Shown in pieces: positions 30,868 to 39,981 of a stretch of 64,000 nucleotides of DNA. Made by a program: the position numbers and the translations under genes. Positions within the stretch are counted from its first letter, which is position 1. Each line of letters begins with the position of its first letter. Source of the DNA: Oceanispirochaeta sp. (GTDB taxonomy: Bacteria > Spirochaetota > Spirochaetia > DSM-2461); contig CAXXOA010000001.1 in NCBI GenBank assembly GCA_963666275.2, positions 2,496,001 through 2,560,000 on the forward strand, in the 5' to 3' direction. The notes beneath the pieces were generated by a model. The model had not been told where the DNA came from. It ran no database searches and was given only the letters and a program-made list of their open reading frames with translations.

Positions 30868-32454
30868 TTAAAGGGAAACCCTGTTACGGCCGCTGTTCTT
30901 TGCCCGGTAGAGAGCTTTATCCGCCTTTCTGTAGAGAACCTCTTCGCTCTGATCTTCCAAACAGTCGCATTGGGCGGCTCCCAGACTGATAGTCACATGG
31001 TCGGAAACCCGGGAAGATTCATGATCTATGGCCAGATCTTCAATACACCGTCTTATCTCTTCGGCAACTTTGGCGGCTCCTTCCAGATCTGTCTGGGGCA
31101 GGATAAGGCCGAACTCTTCGCCTCCTATCCTGCACAGACAGTCGGAATCCCTTTTTTCAAAGGCCTGAACCGAACGGGCTATGGCCTGCAGACAGCTATC
31201 CCCCATCTGATGTCCGTAGGTATCATTATAGCCCTTGAAAAAATCCACATCGAAGATGATAAGGCTCAGGGGCAGCCCCGACCGGCGGCTCCGTTTCCAT
31301 TCCGAAGTGAGCCTTTCGTTGAAGAGCCTTCTGTTGCCGATTCTGGTCAGCCCGTCCCTGTTGGCCAGCTCTTCCAGAGCCTCGTTGGCTCTCTCCAGTT
31401 CCCTGCTCACTTTGATCTGTTCTGTCACATCCGTCAGCATCAGAAGGACTTCACTATCGGGTTTTCCCGGTTCCAGCGGGGAGCTGTGGGTAATACAGTA
31501 TAGAGGAGAATTCCCCTTCTTTCTGACAGTCAGAACCTTGTCATTCAACTTACCCCGGACCAGTTTCTCCTGAATATCCCCGTAGCACCAGGTGTTATCC
31601 CCCAGGGCGAATTCAAGATCATCCAGGCTCAGGGTCTCTCTATTGTCCAGATTCAGAATGTTCTTCATTCCCTCATTGAACCAGACGATACGGCCGTTTC
31701 GGATGCGGATCAGTCCGTTATGGGAGAGTTTCACCATGGTTTCGAAAAGCTGGGTACTCGAAAGGACCCGGCTGTACCGGCTCAGGGCGATAAAGCCCGC
31801 CAGGTTGACCGTCAGAGTAAAGGCATTGGCAAACCAGGGTGCGTCCGGCCAGATTCTTTTGATGACAAACTGGGAAACAAGAATCCCCGCCATAAACAGG
31901 ATACCGCCGATTCCCATAATAAGCTGGCCCTTTCTGATCACCCGATCCGGATTCCTCAGAGCACTGAGAAACAGTTTCCACAGAAAGAAAAGCGGCAGCA
32001 CAAGATAAAAAGCTTTGAAAGCCGTATTCCAGGGACCGGAAAACCCGGGATACCCGCCCTGAATTCCAAACATGGAGGCGGAAACCGAATCGGGAAAGGA
32101 CAGGGCGAATCCGTAGAAAATCAGAGCTGTCGCATAAAGAGCCGCGGATTCCCTTTTTTTCACAGGCCTTATGAGAGAGAGGATCAGAATCGTTGCCAGA
32201 GCGGGGTAGAAAATGAACAGCACAGAGAGGTAGCGATAGAGCTGAAAGCTGAGAGCATGGGGGAGCAGATATCCTGCTGCCGAAAGGATCAGATCAAATG
32301 CCGCCCAGAGGATCACTGCAAACTGAAACCGAATAAACCCTTTGGACCGGGCATCTTCGGGACTGATCCTGCTGATATTTGTTATCAGAAAAACAGCCAC
32401 ATGGGTTTGAAGGAGAAAAATAATCAGATAGTAGACAACCGCATATAATTTCAT
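30868..32454 (-). CDS. 7TM-PAS diguanylate cyclase
   Basis: 7 hydrophobic segments, DGLTRIGNRR, RDSD I-site, GGEEF. Confidence 0.9.
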   Translation of the reverse strand: MKLYAVVYYLIIFLLQTHVAVFLITNISRISPEDARSKGFIRFQFAVILWAAFDLILSAAGYLLPHALSFQLYRYLSVLFIFYPALATILILSLIRPVKKRESAALYATALIFYGFALSFPDSVSASMFGIQGGYPGFSGPWNTAFKAFYLVLPLFFLWKLFLSALRNPDRVIRKGQLIMGIGGILFMAGILVSQFVIKRIWPDAPWFANAFTLTVNLAGFIALSRYSRVLSSTQLFETMVKLSHNGLIRIRNGRIVWFNEGMKNILNLDNRETLSLDDLEFALGDNTWCYGDIQEKLVRGKLNDKVLTVRKKGNSPLYCITHSSPLEPGKPDSEVLLMLTDVTEQIKVSRELERANEALEELANRDGLTRIGNRRLFNERLTSEWKRSRRSGLPLSLIIFDVDFFKGYNDTYGHQMGDSCLQAIARSVQAFEKRDSDCLCRIGGEEFGLILPQTDLEGAAKVAEEIRRCIEDLAIDHESSRVSDHVTISLGAAQCDCLEDQSEEVLYRKADKALYRAKNSGRNRVSL

Positions 32455-32642
32455 CTCAGATAATCTGATTATATAGTAATCATTACTAAAAAAAAGATCA
32501 TTAAGGATAAATTATGATTTTTATCAGAATATTTATGGAATGAGCCTCCCGGGGGGCTGAAAAAGCCCCTGCAGGATGCAGCTCATTCCGCCAGGATCCT
32601 CTCTCCCGCCGGCTCCGGCGGTATCCTTAAGAACGGGAACCC

Positions 32643-33710
32643 TCAGAATCTGATGGTCAAACCCGCATTGGCGCCGACCCAGAGGGAGACATTCACATCC
32701 TCATGGGTTTCATCCAGGAAGGTATAGGGGACGGGAAGTTTTTGTCCTTCCTCCTCTTCTGTCAGATCATTCACATACACATTCAGGGAAGGTCCCGCAA
32801 AAAGAGAGAGATGCTCTCCCAGTCCCATGTGGTAGTTCAGATCCACCTTGCTCAGGAGATTGAGATGTTCGGAGTCCCAGTTTTCCACCCTCACGATATT
32901 GCTGGCAGATGCCTCCAGAGCCAGGCTGCTCCTTTCTCCCAGGGGGATGAGGGATCCCCATCCAAGACCGGAACTGAAAAGGCTGTCCGATTTGTCGGGA
33001 GAGGCCAGAGTGGTATAGGAGTCCTTACCGCTGAGGGTGCCACCGACTTTGAAAATGGTGTAAAACCGTTCCACACCCATCTTATAGCTCACATTGGCAA
33101 ACAGAGTATCCCCCGCAGACGTCTCCACAGCAAAGTATCCGCCCTTTACAATACTGAAGATTCCGATGGGCAGCCCCCTGTCGGCGCTGGCGGCCACGTT
33201 AACCACTCCCAGCTGAACACCTTTCAGATCCGCCGCATAATTGACAGTTCCCACCTGAAGCCCCTTCATATCCCCGGTGGTCACATTGATATTGGAGATC
33301 ATCACACCTGTTGTATTGCCGAAGACGCTGTTCAGGGTTCCCGACCAGATCAGCCCGACAGAATCGCCGAAATTTGTATTGGTCACTCCGGAAAGCTGTA
33401 TTCCCCGGGTCTCCTCCATATTGATATTGGACACTCCGGCCATCTGAATCCCGCTCACATCATGGGTATTGAAGTTCCCCACCCCGCCGACCTCCAGGGC
33501 ATCCACCCCTCCGTTCATTCCATACACAAGGTTCAGTGAAAAGGTGTTGGAGTACTCCATGGACTCCATGCCGCTGGTCCCCATGGGAAAGAAGAATGTG
33601 ACCTGTCCGGCCCGTTTATTCTCCGCTTCTTCGGCCGGAAGAACTGCTATGGTCATAAGGCATGCTGCCAGTAAGGGCAGATATCTTTTTATATGTTTCA
33701 TTTTATACAC
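32643..33710 (-). CDS. Putative outer-membrane/surface protein with GxQxG repeats (LA_2272-like)
   Basis: Signal peptide, repeated GIQMAGVSN/GVQLGVVN, beta-strand C-terminus ending in F. Confidence 0.65.
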   Translation of the reverse strand: MYKMKHIKRYLPLLAACLMTIAVLPAEEAENKRAGQVTFFFPMGTSGMESMEYSNTFSLNLVYGMNGGVDALEVGGVGNFNTHDVSGIQMAGVSNINMEETRGIQLSGVTNTNFGDSVGLIWSGTLNSVFGNTTGVMISNINVTTGDMKGLQVGTVNYAADLKGVQLGVVNVAASADRGLPIGIFSIVKGGYFAVETSAGDTLFANVSYKMGVERFYTIFKVGGTLSGKDSYTTLASPDKSDSLFSSGLGWGSLIPLGERSSLALEASASNIVRVENWDSEHLNLLSKVDLNYHMGLGEHLSLFAGPSLNVYVNDLTEEEEGQKLPVPYTFLDETHEDVNVSLWVGANAGLTIRF

Positions 33711-33846
33711 TCCTGTATTCTCTTTTCCTATGTAACATTCGGGAAAACAGGATCTGTCTTTTTTTTATATGAGATTGAATAGGGAGTTGAAATTTCCTCC
33801 CTTCCCTGATTCTTTTCTTCAGGAAATTATAGTATTCTTATAGTCT

Positions 33847-35295
33847 ATGAATCGGAAAACCAATCGAAAATCTCTCAATATTCTTGCCTTTATCATTATC
33901 AGTGTCTTTCTTCTTTCCAGCATCGTCTCCTATCTTACCTCCAGGCAGAGCCTGAAATATGAGATATGGAACTCCTCACTTCCTCTTCTGAGTGAAAATA
34001 TATATTCGGACCTGCGCAGCTCCCTGTCTGTGCCCATCAATGTGTCCTCCTCTATGGCCCGGGATACCTTTCTGATGAAATGGGTCTCTTCGGGAGAAAA
34101 GGACAGCGGAGAAATCCGGAACTACCTGAATAACATCAAAGAAAAATACGGATTTTTCACCACTTTTTTTGTCTCTGAAGAGTCCCGGAACTACTACTAT
34201 TACGATGGCATTCTGAAAACCCTCTCCATCATGGACAGCCATGACAGCTGGTATTTTGATTTCAAATCATCCGGGCGGGAGATTGATCTGGATGTGGATA
34301 CGGACGAAGCCAGTGACGGGATTCTTACAATATTCATCAACTACCGTCTGGAGGATCCCGAGGGGAACCTACTGGGGGTTGTCGGAGTGGGACTGAAACT
34401 GGACAGGATTGCGGAATCGCTGATTAACAAACAGAAAAAATATAACCGGAATATCTATCTGGTCGATGAAAACGGCTATATTCAGGTCCATTCCCGGAGA
34501 GAACTGATTGAAAAAGTGAACATTTACAATAAAGAGGGAATGCAGGAGATTGCGGCAGACCTGATGGCCGAAACAGAAGTCCCCGTGGGAAAAACATACG
34601 GAGAGGGTCAGCAGCGTATTTTTGTGAGTTCCCGCTATATTCCCGAAATGGGCTGGCATGTGATCGTGGAACAGGATGAAAAGGGAGTCTATCGCAAAGC
34701 CAGGAGGATTCTCTATCTCAACCTGCTTCTGACCCTGGCTATCTCGGGCCTGCTTTTTGCCGTAAGCTACAGGATTCTCAGGAATTTTGAAAAGAACATG
34801 GAAGACCTGGCGGGAACGGATACTCTGACAGGGACAGCCAACAGACGGGAACTGGATAAACAGTTTGAAATTTTTCAGTACAGGATGCAGAGAGAGAAAA
34901 GGGATCTCAGCCTGATCCTGATCGACCTTGACAACTTCAAGACGATCAACGATGACCTGGGTCATCTCACTGGAGACGCGGTTCTAAAAAAGACAGCATC
35001 GGTCATACAGAACTCCATCAGGCCCACAGATCTGGTTGTCCGCTGGGGGGGGGATGAGTTTATCATCCTTATGGAGGGAAAGGCGCAGGATGCCCTTGAA
35101 ATTGCCGAACGGCTGCGCCGGACCTGCGGGGATCTGAAGGGCCCGGATATTCCCGCAGAGGCAGCACGGATTTTGACGATCAGTGCCGGTGTGGCCGGAT
35201 ACAGTGAAGGAGAAGATCTGAAAAGCCTGATTCACAAAGCGGACAAGGCCCTCTATTCCGCCAAAATGAAAGGGAAAAACTGCGTCGGAATCTGA
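33847..35295 (+). CDS. dCache-sensor diguanylate cyclase
   Basis: Two TMs flanking a Cache-like domain, DTLTGTANRR, RPTD I-site, GGDEF. Confidence 0.92.
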   Translation: MNRKTNRKSLNILAFIIISVFLLSSIVSYLTSRQSLKYEIWNSSLPLLSENIYSDLRSSLSVPINVSSSMARDTFLMKWVSSGEKDSGEIRNYLNNIKEKYGFFTTFFVSEESRNYYYYDGILKTLSIMDSHDSWYFDFKSSGREIDLDVDTDEASDGILTIFINYRLEDPEGNLLGVVGVGLKLDRIAESLINKQKKYNRNIYLVDENGYIQVHSRRELIEKVNIYNKEGMQEIAADLMAETEVPVGKTYGEGQQRIFVSSRYIPEMGWHVIVEQDEKGVYRKARRILYLNLLLTLAISGLLFAVSYRILRNFEKNMEDLAGTDTLTGTANRRELDKQFEIFQYRMQREKRDLSLILIDLDNFKTINDDLGHLTGDAVLKKTASVIQNSIRPTDLVVRWGGDEFIILMEGKAQDALEIAERLRRTCGDLKGPDIPAEAARILTISAGVAGYSEGEDLKSLIHKADKALYSAKMKGKNCVGI

Positions 35296-35386
35296 AGAGG
35301 ACCAGCCCTTCCGGTACGGAAAGATTGGAAAATCAGCTATTATACAGTCCCCGGCAGAAGGATTCGGGAATATGAGGTTCAGCCTC

Positions 35387-35416
35387 TTGCCTGAGACCGG
35401 GGAACTCTCCTATAAT
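35387..35416 (+). promoter_or_regulatory. Candidate sigma70 promoter for the RRM gene
   Basis: TTGCCT-N18-TATAAT. Confidence 0.5.
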
Positions 35417-35572
35417 AGCGTCAGTTCTATTAAATTTAAGTATTACATATTTCCTGTATCATAACAGTTCCGATTTTTTCCAATTTCGAATTATTATCAT
35501 CATATAAGGTTTAAGAAGTACTTGGTTAATTAACTAAATGAAAAACCGGGTATTTCCGGACAAGGAGTAGCT

Positions 35573-35851
35573 ATGTCTACAAAACTTTATGTGGGTAACA
35601 TGAATTACAAAACTATGGAAGATGATCTGGGAGAACTGTTCGCCCAGTTCGGTGATGTTGAAAATGTCATTATCATTACCGACAGGGAAACCAACAGATC
35701 CAAAGGATTCGGTTTTGTCGAAATGGCCGAGAAAGAAGCGGCTGACGAAGCGATCAAAGGTCTCAATGAGACCACATGGATGGACAGAAAAATCGTGGTA
35801 AATCAGGCCAGAGAACGGACTGAAAGACCCAGATACAACGATAACTATTAA
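35573..35851 (+). CDS. RNA recognition motif (RRM) RNA-binding protein
   Basis: RNP2 LYVGNM and RNP1 KGFGFVEM. Confidence 0.95.
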   Translation: MSTKLYVGNMNYKTMEDDLGELFAQFGDVENVIIITDRETNRSKGFGFVEMAEKEAADEAIKGLNETTWMDRKIVVNQARERTERPRYNDNY

Positions 35852-35870
35852 TTTCAGCGATCCTGAATAG

Positions 35871-35902
35871 AAGGCAGCCGGTTCATCCGGCTGTTTTTTT
35901 TT
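35871..35902 (+). terminator. Rho-independent terminator
   Basis: GGCAGCCGG-TTCAT-CCGGCTGTT followed by a T-run. Confidence 0.85.
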
Positions 35903-35968
35903 TGCTTTAAAAAAACGGCATCACATCGACTCAGTCCTGAAACCTGTCGTGATCGGCCGATTATTCCC

Positions 35969-35997
35969 TTGCCCAAACCCGGAGCTGGTATTATAGT
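35969..35997 (+). promoter_or_regulatory. Candidate sigma70 promoter of the leader-RNHCP-rsgA operon
   Basis: TTGCCC-N17-TATAGT just after the RRM terminator. Confidence 0.55.
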
Positions 35998-36029
35998 AAA
36001 GTTATATCTGATGACCTGAGGAGGCGTTC

Positions 36030-36080
36030 ATGTCAATATTTGTATCCCAGGATGTTCCTGTTCAGGGAATCGCCGGGTAA
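36030..36080 (+). CDS. Putative regulatory leader peptide MSIFVSQDVPVQGIAG
   Basis: Strong GAGGAGG SD 5 nt before ATG; 16 codons; its sequence is complementary to downstream UTR segments. Confidence 0.6.
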   Translation: MSIFVSQDVPVQGIAG

Positions 36081-36179
36081 CAAACCTTTCCCCTTCCCTA
36101 CAAGAAAAATCTCATAATCCTTTCTATTTGAACAGGACATCATTTCCCGACTCTTTTTTTGATAACAACAGGAGTTGGT

Positions 36180-36569
36180 ATGTCCAGACAAACAATAACT
36201 GACAACCGGGAACATCACAGCTACCGGGAAAACCAGGCATTTCTCTGCCGCCATTGCGGGATGACCGTACCCCCCGCTGAATTCGGTTCCCGTCAGAGGA
36301 ATCACTGTCCCCACTGCCTCTGGAGTCTTCATGTGGACCTGAAAAAGGGAGACCGCCGCAGCGGCTGCCGGGGTTTGATGGAGCCCATAAGCGTCTGGGT
36401 GAAGCCCTCTTCCGAGTGGGCTGTGATTCACAGATGCCGCAGCTGCGGTTTTATCCGAACCAACAGGATCGCCGGTGACGACAACGAGGGAATCCTTTTG
36501 AAACTGGCCGCAAGGCCTCTGACAATGCTGCCCTTCCCGGCAGAGAAAACATGGGAGAAAATACTATGA
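36180..36569 (+). CDS. RNHCP-domain zinc-binding protein
   Basis: FLCRHCG, QRNHCPHCLWSLHVD, GDR...CRGLM, HRCRSCG, NRIAGDDN; AGGAG RBS. Confidence 0.9.
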   Translation: MSRQTITDNREHHSYRENQAFLCRHCGMTVPPAEFGSRQRNHCPHCLWSLHVDLKKGDRRSGCRGLMEPISVWVKPSSEWAVIHRCRSCGFIRTNRIAGDDNEGILLKLAARPLTMLPFPAEKTWEKIL

Positions 36570-37678
36570 CAGAAAAGAAACGTACAGAACTTGAAGCCTC
36601 CCTCTCCCCCTGGGGGTGGAACAGCAGATGGCAGGCCCTCCGGGAAGCCGGCGGCACTCCGGATCTTCTTCCCGGCAGGATCACAACCGAATCCAGGCAG
36701 ATCTACACTGTGGAGGGCCCCGAAGGCCCTGTCACAGCCGGGATCAGCGGAGCCTATCACTACAGGGCGGTCCTCCGCTCTGACTACCCCGCCGTGGGAG
36801 ACTGGATTCTGTATAAACCCTCCGACGGAAACAAAGGGGTGATAGAGCAGCTGCTGCCCCGGCAGAGCTGTTTTTCCCGTAAAACCGCGGGAGAGCGGAC
36901 GGAGGAACAGATAATTGCCGCCAATATAGATACGGTTCTGCTTGTATTCGGCATCAACGGGGGAAGGAATTTCACATCAGGGGGGCTGGAGAGGTACCTG
37001 ACCCTGGCCTGGGAGAGCGGTGCTGTGCCTGTGGTAGTCCTGAACAAGGCGGACCTCTGTTCTGCCGAGGAGCGGGAAAAAGCCCTTCTGACCGCAGAGA
37101 ACTCTGCGCCGGGGGTCAGCATCTATGAGGTAAGCGCCCTAACCGGAGAGGGTCTGGAGGGTCTGACAGGCAGTATCTCCCCGGGGAGCACAGTTGCTCT
37201 CACAGGGCCTTCGGGTGTGGGGAAATCCACCATAATCAATGCTCTGGCCGGGCGGGAACTGCAGAAAACCACCTCCCAGAGGGAGGGGGATCTGAAGGGA
37301 CGCCACACAACCACCCGGAAAGAGATGTTCCGTCTGCCCGGCGGTCTGATCCTCATCGATACGCCGGGACTGAAGGAAATTCAGCTCTGGGCTTCCGAGG
37401 AGGCCCTGGCGGAAACCTTCGACGATATTGCCCTGCTGGCCCGGGAGTGCCGTTTTAAAGACTGCACCCACAGGGGGGAACCGGGCTGTGCCGTCCAGCA
37501 GGCCCTCAGCCGGGGGGAGCTGGAACACAGGCGCTATGAGAACTATCTGAATATGGAAAAGGAGCTGAACTATCTGAAAACCAGGCAGGACAGCCAGGCG
37601 GCCAGGATGGAGAGAGAAAAATGGAAAGGCATTGCCAAAATCCAGAAAGACCTGAAGAAACAGAATAAAAGGTCTTGA
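36566..37678 (+). CDS. rsgA: Ribosome small subunit-dependent GTPase A family (RsgA paralog type)
   Basis: Circularly permuted GTPase (NKAD, GPSGVGKST, GRHTTT, DTPG) plus CRFKDCTHRGEPGC zinc finger; ATGA-coupled to RNHCP. Confidence 0.9.
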   Translation: MTEKKRTELEASLSPWGWNSRWQALREAGGTPDLLPGRITTESRQIYTVEGPEGPVTAGISGAYHYRAVLRSDYPAVGDWILYKPSDGNKGVIEQLLPRQSCFSRKTAGERTEEQIIAANIDTVLLVFGINGGRNFTSGGLERYLTLAWESGAVPVVVLNKADLCSAEEREKALLTAENSAPGVSIYEVSALTGEGLEGLTGSISPGSTVALTGPSGVGKSTIINALAGRELQKTTSQREGDLKGRHTTTRKEMFRLPGGLILIDTPGLKEIQLWASEEALAETFDDIALLARECRFKDCTHRGEPGCAVQQALSRGELEHRRYENYLNMEKELNYLKTRQDSQAARMEREKWKGIAKIQKDLKKQNKRS

Positions 37679-37711
37679 AAAAAAAACAGGATTGTTCAAT
37701 AGTTAGTACAG

Positions 37712-37795
37712 ATGAAGAAAAACCAGACTTTACAGAACCTGCTCAGCCTACTACTAGGACTCCTACTCCGGAGCCCCATGGGTTGGTGCAGCTGA
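37712..37795 (+). CDS. Leucine attenuator leader peptide MKKNQTLQNLLSLLLGLLLRSPMGWCS
   Basis: 9 Leu codons including CTA CTA CTA, upstream of a terminator and leuA. Confidence 0.85.
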   Translation: MKKNQTLQNLLSLLLGLLLRSPMGWCS

Positions 37796-37826
37796 CTGGT
37801 TTGATTTTTAATCAATAAGCAAGTTC

Positions 37827-37858
37827 AAAGGCCATGGGAATCTCCCATGGCCTTTTTT
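37827..37858 (+). terminator. Attenuator terminator of the leuA leader
   Basis: AAAGGCCATGGGA-ATC-TCCCATGGCCTTT followed by T-run; CCCATGG in the leader can pair with the 5' arm (antiterminator). Confidence 0.88.
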
Positions 37859-37941
37859 ATTCTGCCTGATCCGTCCGGACACAGCGCAGATCCTGCCGGC
37901 CGGGGGAGAAAAAACCAATCCCCTGAGCCCGGGAGGAAAAG

Positions 37942-39081
37942 ATGAAACGTATTGCCGTATTTGACACCACATTAAGAGACGGAGAGCAGGTACCGGGAGC
38001 CAAACTGGCTGCGAAAGAGAAGCTCCTCCTGGCCCGGCAGCTGGAAAAACTGGGGGTGGATGTGATCGAAGCGGGATTTCCCGCCTCCTCTCCGGGGGAC
38101 GCCGAAGCGGTCAGGATGATTGCCGGGAGTGTGAAGACTCCGGTGATTACAGGACTGGCCCGTGCCGTAAAAGAAGACATCGATATCCTCTGGGAGTCGG
38201 TCCGCTACGCCGAACGGCCGCGGATCCACATTGTCCTGGGCAGTTCGGATATTCATATGAATAACAAGTTTAAAAAGGACAGAGAGGCCATGCTTGAAAT
38301 GGCCGTGGAAGCCGTGGCCTATGCGGCGCAGAAGTGCCCGGATGTGCAGTACTCGCCCGAGGATGCCACCAGAAGCGATCCGGAGTATCTGATCCGGGTG
38401 ATCCGGGAGGTCATCAAAGCCGGCGCCTCGGTGATCAATATTGCCGATACCGTGGGATGGGCGGTTCCCGATGAGTTCGGCAGCCTTATCAGAACCATCA
38501 GGCAGAGTGTTCCCGAACTGGAAGAGAAGACCCTGAGTGTCCACTGCCACAACGACTGCGGTCTGGCCACGGCCAATACCCTGGCGGCGGTGAAAAACGG
38601 CGCCGACCAGATCGAAGTGACCATGAACGGCATGGGTGAGCGGGCCGGGAACGCCGCCCTGGAGGAGACTGTCATGATCATGGGAACCCGGAGCGATTAC
38701 TACAGAGCTTCAACGGGCATACAGCACCGTCTGCTCGTCCCCACCAGCCGGATGGTTCAGCAGCAGATGGGCATTCCCGTTCAGGTGAACAAAGCCATTG
38801 TGGGGCAGAATGCCTTCCGTCACTCCTCGGGAATCCATCAGGACGGGATCCTCAAGAACCGGGAGAACTATGAGATCATCAGCCCCGAAATGGTGGGGGC
38901 CGTCCCCCATGAGTTTATCCTAACAGCCCGGTCGGGACGCCATGCGGTCCGCCATGTACTGGACAAAGCCGGAATAGGACTGGCCGAATCGGACTTTGAA
39001 CTGGTCTTTCAAAAATTCCTTCTTATGGCGGATTCCCGTAAAGAGGTGAAACTGGAACAGCTTCTGGGCCTGGTTAGCTGA
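37942..39081 (+). CDS. leuA: 2-isopropylmalate synthase, short form without C-terminal regulatory domain
   Basis: DTTLRDGEQ, HCHNDCGLA, GERAGNAALEE, HSSGIHQDG; only 379 aa; Leu attenuator upstream. Confidence 0.85.
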   Translation: MKRIAVFDTTLRDGEQVPGAKLAAKEKLLLARQLEKLGVDVIEAGFPASSPGDAEAVRMIAGSVKTPVITGLARAVKEDIDILWESVRYAERPRIHIVLGSSDIHMNNKFKKDREAMLEMAVEAVAYAAQKCPDVQYSPEDATRSDPEYLIRVIREVIKAGASVINIADTVGWAVPDEFGSLIRTIRQSVPELEEKTLSVHCHNDCGLATANTLAAVKNGADQIEVTMNGMGERAGNAALEETVMIMGTRSDYYRASTGIQHRLLVPTSRMVQQQMGIPVQVNKAIVGQNAFRHSSGIHQDGILKNRENYEIISPEMVGAVPHEFILTARSGRHAVRHVLDKAGIGLAESDFELVFQKFLLMADSRKEVKLEQLLGLVS

Positions 39082-39100
39082 TACCCCACTCCCCCTGGGA

Positions 39101-39259
39101 TCATCGGATACCCGCTATCAGGGCAACCAGATAGTAGCCGATGATCATGGGGGGGACAGCCTTCTCCATATGTCCCGTCAGGACCTCCCATCTGTCCCGC
39201 CTTGTGAGTCTTACCGGTACAAAGCTCCTGCATTTGCCTGATTTCCAATTTTTTTTCAT
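39101..39259 (-). CDS. 52-aa small protein with hydrophobic C-terminus (not in the ORF track)
   Basis: AGGAGG SD then ATG 39259; MKKNWKSGKCRSFVPVRLTRRDRWEVLTGHMEKAVPPMIIGYYLVALIAGIR. Confidence 0.5.
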   Translation of the reverse strand: MKKNWKSGKCRSFVPVRLTRRDRWEVLTGHMEKAVPPMIIGYYLVALIAGIR

Positions 39260-39400
39260 TCTGAGACCTCCTGAAAAGGGGTTTTACAGGAACATTACAG
39301 GTTCTATGTGACATATCGCGGCACAGTTACCCGATTTTTTTGAAATAAAAGGAAAAATTCATTAGACCCAAAGAAAGACTCATTCGTCATATGGGGTGCG

Positions 39401-39964
39401 ATGGATCAGGTAAATGAGAAGAACAGACAGATTTCCCATGAACGGCTCGCTGATGCGTACAGGACCGAAAAGCCCGGCCTGACCGCCAGGATTCGAAAGG
39501 CGGGCAAGACCTGGGAGGAAGCGGAAGACCTGATTCACGATGTGTACACCGAAACCTGGGGAAGGCTGGATACACTGGCGGGGATCATCAATCTCCCCGC
39601 CTGGCTGAACGCCCTTGTAACCCGCCGTCTCATAGACACCTGGCGCCATGAAAAAGTCATAAGGGCCGCAGGGGAGACTGATGTTCCGGAAGAGACCATA
39701 CGGGAGGTCATAACGGGAGCCGGACTGGATCCGCTGAACTCCTATGTCCGTTCCTGTATGGTCGATGCTCTGGACGAAGCGATGAAATCCCTTCCCCCGG
39801 CTCAACGGAAGGTTCTGGAAGCTCAGGTATTCGGCGCCAGGACATTTGCCGAACTGGCCGGGGAGACAGGAGAGAGCATCGACACCCTGAAAGCCCGGAA
39901 ACGGTATGCGGTAAAGAAACTATCGGCAGTACTGAAACATTGGATAAATGAAGGTCTCTCATAA
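39401..39964 (+). CDS. ECF sigma-70 family sigma factor
   Basis: EAEDLIHDVY, WLNALVTRRLID, region 4 TFAELAGETGESIDTLKARKRYAVKKL. Confidence 0.88.
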   Translation: MDQVNEKNRQISHERLADAYRTEKPGLTARIRKAGKTWEEAEDLIHDVYTETWGRLDTLAGIINLPAWLNALVTRRLIDTWRHEKVIRAAGETDVPEETIREVITGAGLDPLNSYVRSCMVDALDEAMKSLPPAQRKVLEAQVFGARTFAELAGETGESIDTLKARKRYAVKKLSAVLKHWINEGLS

Positions 39965-39981
39965 GAGACAGGAGGCAGAAG

